Positions 27,167 through 34,582 of a DNA stretch of 34,582 nt are shown here, in pieces. Position 1 is the first letter of the stretch. Each line of letters begins with the position of its first letter. The position numbers were made by a program, and so were the translations under genes. Where the stretch lies: the NCBI GenBank assembly GCA_964455135.1, contig CAYVXN010000001.1, forward strand, positions 1-34,582, written 5' to 3'. This DNA is from an uncultured Mycoplasma sp. Lineage in GTDB: Bacteria; Bacillota_I; Bacilli_A; RF39; UBA660. Under the pieces are notes generated by a model, which saw only the letters and a list, made by a program, of their open reading frames with translations, had not been told where the DNA came from and ran no database searches.

Positions 27167-28285
27167 ATGAAATTAAAAATTAAAAGATTAGTCTTGTTAG
27201 AAGCTTTAAATAATGTTGCTAAAGCTATATCTAGTAAGAATATTATACCAATATTATCTGGAATTAAGTTTGAACTTAGTAAAGAAAAACTTGTTATTAC
27301 AGCTTCAGATAATGATATTACTATTCAAACTGTTATTAATAAGGGAGATAATTTAATAATAGAAGGTACTGGTAATATAGTTATTAAAGGTAAATATATT
27401 TTAGATATTATTAGGAAACTTGAAGCAGATTTTATAAATATAGAAATAATTGATGATCATAAGATTATGATATTCACAGAAAACAGTGAATTTAATCTTA
27501 ATGGTATTGATGCTAAAGAATTTCCTGATATAGATTTAGAGTTGTCTCCTGATTTTGTAAGTATGAGTATTTCTTCTTTTAAATCTTTGATTACTCAAAC
27601 AAATTATGCTTGTTCTTTGGATGAAGCAAGGGTAGTGTTAACAGGAGTTAACATAAAAATAAATGATGATAATTTAGAATGTAGTGCAACTGATTCTTAT
27701 AGACTTGCTTTAAAAAAACATAAATTAACAAAGAGTGTTAATAATTCTGCTGATATTATAATTCCTAGTAAGAATTTGTCTGAACTTTTGAAATTACTTA
27801 CTTCTTCTGATGATGAATCTATTGAAATGCATTTATTTAGTAATAAAGTAATTTTTAAGTTTAATAATATTTTATTTCAATCTAGGCTTATTAACGGAAC
27901 TTATCCTAATACTAAGAATTTAATACCTAGTGAATCGTTATTTGATTTGAAGCTTGATACTAATGAATTTTATAGTATGGTTGATAGAGCTAGTATTTTA
28001 AATAATGATAATGATAATAATATAATTACCTTAGAAATTAAGAACAATCTTCTTAAGATAACTTCTATGTCTTTAGAAATTGGTAAAGTTGAAGAAAAGA
28101 TGAGTGTTGATTGTAATAATAGTATTAAAATTTCTTTTAGTGCTAAATATATGATGGATGCTCTCCGTACTATAAATTCTAAGAATGTAGTTTTAACTTT
28201 TGTTGGAGAAATAAAACCTATTTTGCTTAATAATGATGATAGCGAAGATCTTGTGTGTTTAATTTTACCTATAAGAACTTATTAA
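27167..28285 (+). CDS. dnaN: DNA polymerase III beta sliding clamp
   Basis: 372 aa with a three-domain clamp. N-terminus MKLKIKRLVLLEALNNVAKAISSKNIIPILSGIKFEL and C-terminal LILPIRTY. GAAGG SD. Confidence 0.96.
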   Translation: MKLKIKRLVLLEALNNVAKAISSKNIIPILSGIKFELSKEKLVITASDNDITIQTVINKGDNLIIEGTGNIVIKGKYILDIIRKLEADFINIEIIDDHKIMIFTENSEFNLNGIDAKEFPDIDLELSPDFVSMSISSFKSLITQTNYACSLDEARVVLTGVNIKINDDNLECSATDSYRLALKKHKLTKSVNNSADIIIPSKNLSELLKLLTSSDDESIEMHLFSNKVIFKFNNILFQSRLINGTYPNTKNLIPSESLFDLKLDTNEFYSMVDRASILNNDNDNNIITLEIKNNLLKITSMSLEIGKVEEKMSVDCNNSIKISFSAKYMMDALRTINSKNVVLTFVGEIKPILLNNDDSEDLVCLILPIRTY

Positions 28286-28311
28286 CAATTGTTGTTGATA
28301 AGTTTTTTTTT
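28278..28311 (+). terminator. Intrinsic terminator of dnaN, built from two convergent DnaA boxes
   Basis: CTTATTAACAA (28278-28288) pairs with TTGTTGATAAG (28292-28302): an 11-bp stem with one G-U pair and a 3-nt loop, followed by T9. The arms contain TTATTAACA and TGTTGATAA. Confidence 0.75.
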
Positions 28312-28350
28312 GTAAACTTTTTGTTTATTTTAAACGCAAATTTTCTTTTT

Positions 28351-28384
28351 TAGTTTTTATCGACATATTTCTAGTTTTTTCGAC
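28351..28384 (+). repeat. Phased direct repeat TAGTTTTT(A)TCGAC x2 upstream of the ComK-family gene
   Basis: The copies lie at 28351-28364 and 28372-28384, 21 bp apart (two helical turns). The cores ATCGACA and TTCGACT each match 6 of 7 positions of the Spo0A box TTCGACA. Confidence 0.3.
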
Positions 28385-28455
28385 TTTTGTTTATGTTAAT
28401 TTAAAAATTGTAACATTTTTTGTTGCGAAATTTGTATTTTGAGGGGGTGAATTTT

Positions 28456-28911
28456 ATGAAGTATGAGATTAATGACGAGACACTTGCTATACTGCCTTTT
28501 GATAAAGATAAGGCTAGGGTTTTAGAAGAATCTGATGAATATATTGTTGATGAGATTCCTTATTCTATTATGGAAGACTCTTGTAAGTATTTTGGTAGTA
28601 GTTTTGAAGGTAGAATACTTGGTTCTAAAAATATTTTAGGTAGTGTTTATAAGGCTCCGATTATTGTTGAAGAATCACAAAACTTGATCTTTTTTCCTAC
28701 CGAAGCTCTTAGTTCTAATACTGTTTCTTGGATTTCTTATAAAAAGATAAAAAGTGTTGAAAAATGTGGTAAAAGGTCTAAAATTATTTTTAATAATGGT
28801 GAGTCAATTATTGCTAATTGTCCATATTTTTCTATCAAGAATCAGATATTTAGATGTAATATGTTAGATTCTATTTCTAGTAATAGAAAAATAGTGAAAA
28901 AAAACGATTAA
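28456..28911 (+). CDS. comK: ComK-family transcription factor
   Basis: 151 aa from the ATG at 28456, which follows GAGGGGGTG. YEINDETLAILP, SCKYFGSSFEGR, KAPIIVEESQNLIFFPT, WISY and FNNGESI...S..NQIFR parallel B. subtilis ComK blocks YEVNGATIAVLP, SCRFFGSSYAGR, KPPIMVDPSNQIFLFPT, WISH and FSNGKTM. It is shorter than B. subtilis ComK at the C-terminus. Confidence 0.85.
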   Translation: MKYEINDETLAILPFDKDKARVLEESDEYIVDEIPYSIMEDSCKYFGSSFEGRILGSKNILGSVYKAPIIVEESQNLIFFPTEALSSNTVSWISYKKIKSVEKCGKRSKIIFNNGESIIANCPYFSIKNQIFRCNMLDSISSNRKIVKKND

Positions 28912-28934
28912 AAAGTGTAAAATCGTTTTTTTTT
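28901..28934 (+). terminator. Intrinsic terminator after the ComK-family gene
   Basis: AAAACGATT (28901-28909, including the stop codon) pairs with AATCGTTTT (28921-28929) around an 11-nt loop, followed by a T-run to 28934. Confidence 0.6.
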
Positions 28935-28945
28935 AGGGCTTTTTG

Positions 28946-28954
28946 TGGTATAAT
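28946..28954 (+). promoter_or_regulatory. Extended -10 element upstream of recF
   Basis: TGG-TATAAT (TGn plus a perfect -10) about 75 nt upstream of recF. There is no recognisable -35. Confidence 0.35.
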
Positions 28955-29027
28955 GTAATAGTAAGTACTGGAGTACTAGGTTTTGGAGTTGATGCAAATT
29001 TGAGGGAATTAAATTTAAATTTTAAAT

Positions 29028-32043
<3,016 letters not shown>

Positions 32044-32052
32044 GAGGTTATT

Positions 32053-34503
32053 ATGGATAGATTAAAGGAAAATAATATTGTTGATGAAGTTAAGAAGTCA
32101 TTTTTGGATTATTCTATGAGTGTTATTGTATCTCGTGCACTTCCTGATCTTCGTGATGGTCTTAAACCTGTACATAGACGTATTTTGTATTCTATGTTTG
32201 ATTCTGGATATACTCCGGATAAGGGTCATCGTAAATGTGCTAGAATTGTTGGGGATGTAATGGGAAAATATCACCCTCATGGTGATAGTTCCATTTATGA
32301 AGCTATGGTTAGGATGGCTCAGGATTTTAGTTATCGTTATATGCTTGTAGATGGCCATGGTAACTTTGGTAATATGGATGGCGATGGTGCTGCGGCAATG
32401 CGTTATACTGAGGCTCGTCTTTCTAAGATTAGTTTGGAACTTCTTCGTGATTTGAATAAGAACACTGTTGATTTTGCTCCAAACTTTGATGAGGAAGAGA
32501 AGGAACCGGTTGTTTTACCTAGTAGATTTCCTAATATTTTGGTTAATGGTACTATGGGTATTGCTGTTGGTATGGCTACTAATATTCCACCACACAATTT
32601 ACGTGAAGTTATTAATGGTTGTATTGCTTATATTGATAATAATGAGATTACTTTGGATGAGTTGATGCAACATATTAAGGGTCCTGATTTTCCTACTGGT
32701 GCGATTATTCTTGGCAATAGTGGTATTCGTAAGGCTTATGAGACTGGTAGGGGTACTATTACTGTTAGGTGTCGTGCATCTATTGATGAAAGTGGCTCTA
32801 AAAGTAGGATAGTTATTTCTGAGATTCCTTATGGTCTTAATACTATGGATCTTAAGAATCGTATTGCTTCTTTAGTTAGGGATAAGGTTCTTGAGGGTAT
32901 TGCTGATTATCATGAGGAAAATGATACGGATTTTGGTGTTAAGATTGTTATTACGCTTAAGAAGGATGCTAATGCTAATGTTGTTCTTAATAATTTGTAT
33001 AAGCATACTCAGCTTCAAAATACTTTTGGTATTATTCTTCTTATGCTTGATCAGGGTGTTCCTAAGTTACTTGGTTTAAAGGATATTATTTCTAAGTATG
33101 TTGATCATCAAAGGGAAGTTGTTATTCGTAGGACTAAGTTTGATTTGGATAAGGCTCTTGCTAAGGCTCATATTTTGGAGGGTTATAAGATTGCTCTTGA
33201 TCATTTGGATGATTTTATTAAGATTATTCGTGAGAGTGAAAGTGATGTTATTGCGAAGGACAGGCTTAAATCTTCTTATGGTATAAGTGATGCTCAAGCT
33301 GATGCTATTTTGGAACTTAGACTTCGTAGGCTTACTGGTCTTGAAAGGGAAAAGATTGAGAGAGATTTGGAGGAAACTCTTAAACTTATTGAGGATCTTC
33401 GTGGTATTTTGGTTAGTGATGACAGGGTTAATGATATTATTAAGTCTGAGATGAGAGAAATTGCTGATAAGTATGGTGATGATAGGAGAACTTCTATTGA
33501 TATGACTGCGATTGATTATATTGAGGATGAGTCTTTGATTCCAAATGATAGTGTTATTGTTTCTATGACTAAGAATGGTTATATTAAGCGTTTGGTTTCT
33601 GATACTTATAGGAGTCAACATCGTGGTGGTGTTGGTATTAAGGGAATGGCTACTAATGATGAGGATCAGGTTGATATGTTAATAAGTTGTTCTACTCATG
33701 ATTATTTGTTATTCTTTAGTAATTATGGTAAGGTTTATCGTATAAAATGTTATGAACTTCCGGAATTTAGCAGACAGTCCAAGGGAGTGCCAATTGTTAA
33801 TATCTTACCTTTGGAGAAAAATGAGTATGTTAATGCTATTATTCCTGTTGAAAAGGATGATATTTGTAAGAATTTGATGTTCTTTACTAGGAATGGTTTG
33901 GTTAAGAGAACAGAGATTTCTGAGTTTGATTCTATTCGTAAGAATGGTAAGATCGCTATTACGTTGAAGGATGGAGATGAACTTACTAGTGTTAAGAAGA
34001 CTACTGGTGATGATGAGGTAATTATGGCATCTAATTCTGGTAGGATGGTTAGGTTTAATGAGAATGAAGTAAGAGTTATGGGTCGTAGTGCTTCTGGTGT
34101 TAAGGGTATTGATATGAATGACGGATGTGTAATTGGTGCTGAAATTGTTAATAACTCTGAACTTATTTTGGTTGTTACTGAAAAGGGTTATGGTAAGAAG
34201 ACTGCTGTTGATGAGTATCGTTTGACACATCGTGGTAGTAAGGGTGTTAAGGCTCTTAATATTACTGATAAGAATGGATTAATTGTTGCATTTAAGTCTG
34301 TTGTTGGTGATGAGGATATTATTATTACTACTGATGAGGGTACTGTGATTAGATTAGATGTTTCTAATGTATCTACTTTGAGACGTAATACCCAAGGTGT
34401 TAGGCTTATGAATTTGAAGGATAAGCAAGTTGTTACTTCTGTTACTGTTGTTAGTAAGGAAGAAAGTGATAATGATGATAATAATGTTCAAGATACTGAG
34501 TAA
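32053..34503 (+). CDS. gyrA: DNA gyrase subunit A
   Basis: 816 aa. Motifs are [20 protein letters not shown], the QRDR region [18 protein letters not shown], the catalytic AAMRYTE tyrosine, and the C-terminal beta-pinwheel with GyrA-box-like [18 protein letters not shown] precedes the ATG. Confidence 0.98.
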   Translation: MDRLKENNIVDEVKKSFLDYSMSVIVSRALPDLRDGLKPVHRRILYSMFDSGYTPDKGHRKCARIVGDVMGKYHPHGDSSIYEAMVRMAQDFSYRYMLVDGHGNFGNMDGDGAAAMRYTEARLSKISLELLRDLNKNTVDFAPNFDEEEKEPVVLPSRFPNILVNGTMGIAVGMATNIPPHNLREVINGCIAYIDNNEITLDELMQHIKGPDFPTGAIILGNSGIRKAYETGRGTITVRCRASIDESGSKSRIVISEIPYGLNTMDLKNRIASLVRDKVLEGIADYHEENDTDFGVKIVITLKKDANANVVLNNLYKHTQLQNTFGIILLMLDQGVPKLLGLKDIISKYVDHQREVVIRRTKFDLDKALAKAHILEGYKIALDHLDDFIKIIRESESDVIAKDRLKSSYGISDAQADAILELRLRRLTGLEREKIERDLEETLKLIEDLRGILVSDDRVNDIIKSEMREIADKYGDDRRTSIDMTAIDYIEDESLIPNDSVIVSMTKNGYIKRLVSDTYRSQHRGGVGIKGMATNDEDQVDMLISCSTHDYLLFFSNYGKVYRIKCYELPEFSRQSKGVPIVNILPLEKNEYVNAIIPVEKDDICKNLMFFTRNGLVKRTEISEFDSIRKNGKIAITLKDGDELTSVKKTTGDDEVIMASNSGRMVRFNENEVRVMGRSASGVKGIDMNDGCVIGAEIVNNSELILVVTEKGYGKKTAVDEYRLTHRGSKGVKALNITDKNGLIVAFKSVVGDEDIIITTDEGTVIRLDVSNVSTLRRNTQGVRLMNLKDKQVVTSVTVVSKEESDNDDNNVQDTE

Positions 34504-34532
34504 TGTTTCACGTGAAACATTACTTTTTTTTT
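34501..34532 (+). terminator. Intrinsic terminator of gyrA
   Basis: TAATGTTTCAC pairs with GTGAAACATTA, a perfect 22-nt palindrome starting in the stop codon, followed by CTTTTTTTTT. Confidence 0.8.
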
Positions 34533-34556
34533 ATGGGGATTAGTCTATTTTTTAAT

Positions 34557-34575
34557 TGTTAATAAGTGTTAATAA
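34557..34575. promoter_or_regulatory. Pair of perfect DnaA boxes downstream of gyrA
   Basis: TGTTAATAA at 34557-34565 and 34567-34575 (10-bp phasing). GTTAATAACTTTT is identical to 25561-25573 in the oriC upstream cluster. The window ends 7 nt later. Confidence 0.5.
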
Positions 34576-34582
34576 CTTTTAC

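Noticed and set aside
28312-28455. ComK K-boxes (AAAA-N5-TTTT pairs) and a CodY box (AATTTTCTTTTTTAG versus AATTTTCWGAAAATT) upstream of the ComK-family gene.
   Set aside because: The CodY match is only 8 of 15. The A4/T4 tracts are ubiquitous in this AT-rich spacer and do not show the required paired spacing, so they are indistinguishable from background.

Overview
This window is AT-rich (roughly three quarters A+T by eye) and uses the standard genetic code. It covers the chromosomal dnaA/oriC neighbourhood of a low-GC Firmicute. Gene order follows the Bacillus subtilis origin region almost gene for gene. On the minus strand: spoIIR, an orphan PP2C phosphatase, prmC, prfA, rpoE (delta), a small hypothetical, typA, an NlpC/P60 hydrolase, an MBL-fold hydrolase, murC, ychF, an AbgT-family transporter, DUF951, an MscS-type channel, spo0J/parB, soj/parA, a noc-like parB paralogue, rsmG, mnmG, mnmE, jag, yidC, rnpA and rpmH. 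On the plus strand: dnaA, dnaN, a ComK-family gene, recF, gyrB and gyrA. A class A PBP and an untracked 56-codon ORF are the only plus-strand genes left of dnaA. Variant DnaA boxes, TTAT(T/C)AACA, cluster upstream and downstream of dnaA, inside the dnaN terminator and after gyrA. I saw no tRNA/rRNA, CRISPR array, transposase/integrase, phage module or recognisable defence gene, and no self-contained novel multi-gene system. Most of the window is ordinary housekeeping. The most unusual signal is compositional. Synonymous-site composition follows the DNA strand (plus strand T>A and G>C) on both sides of dnaA, so strand polarity does not invert at this otherwise canonical origin. Secondary oddities are a ComK-family gene in the yaaA slot between dnaN and recF, preceded by phased Spo0A-box-like repeats; a Noc-like protein with no N-terminal membrane helix and a roughly 200-aa Q/N/P-rich insertion; and an orphan PP2C phosphatase next to spoIIR. 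All coordinates of small motifs were hand-indexed and may be off by 1-2 nt.
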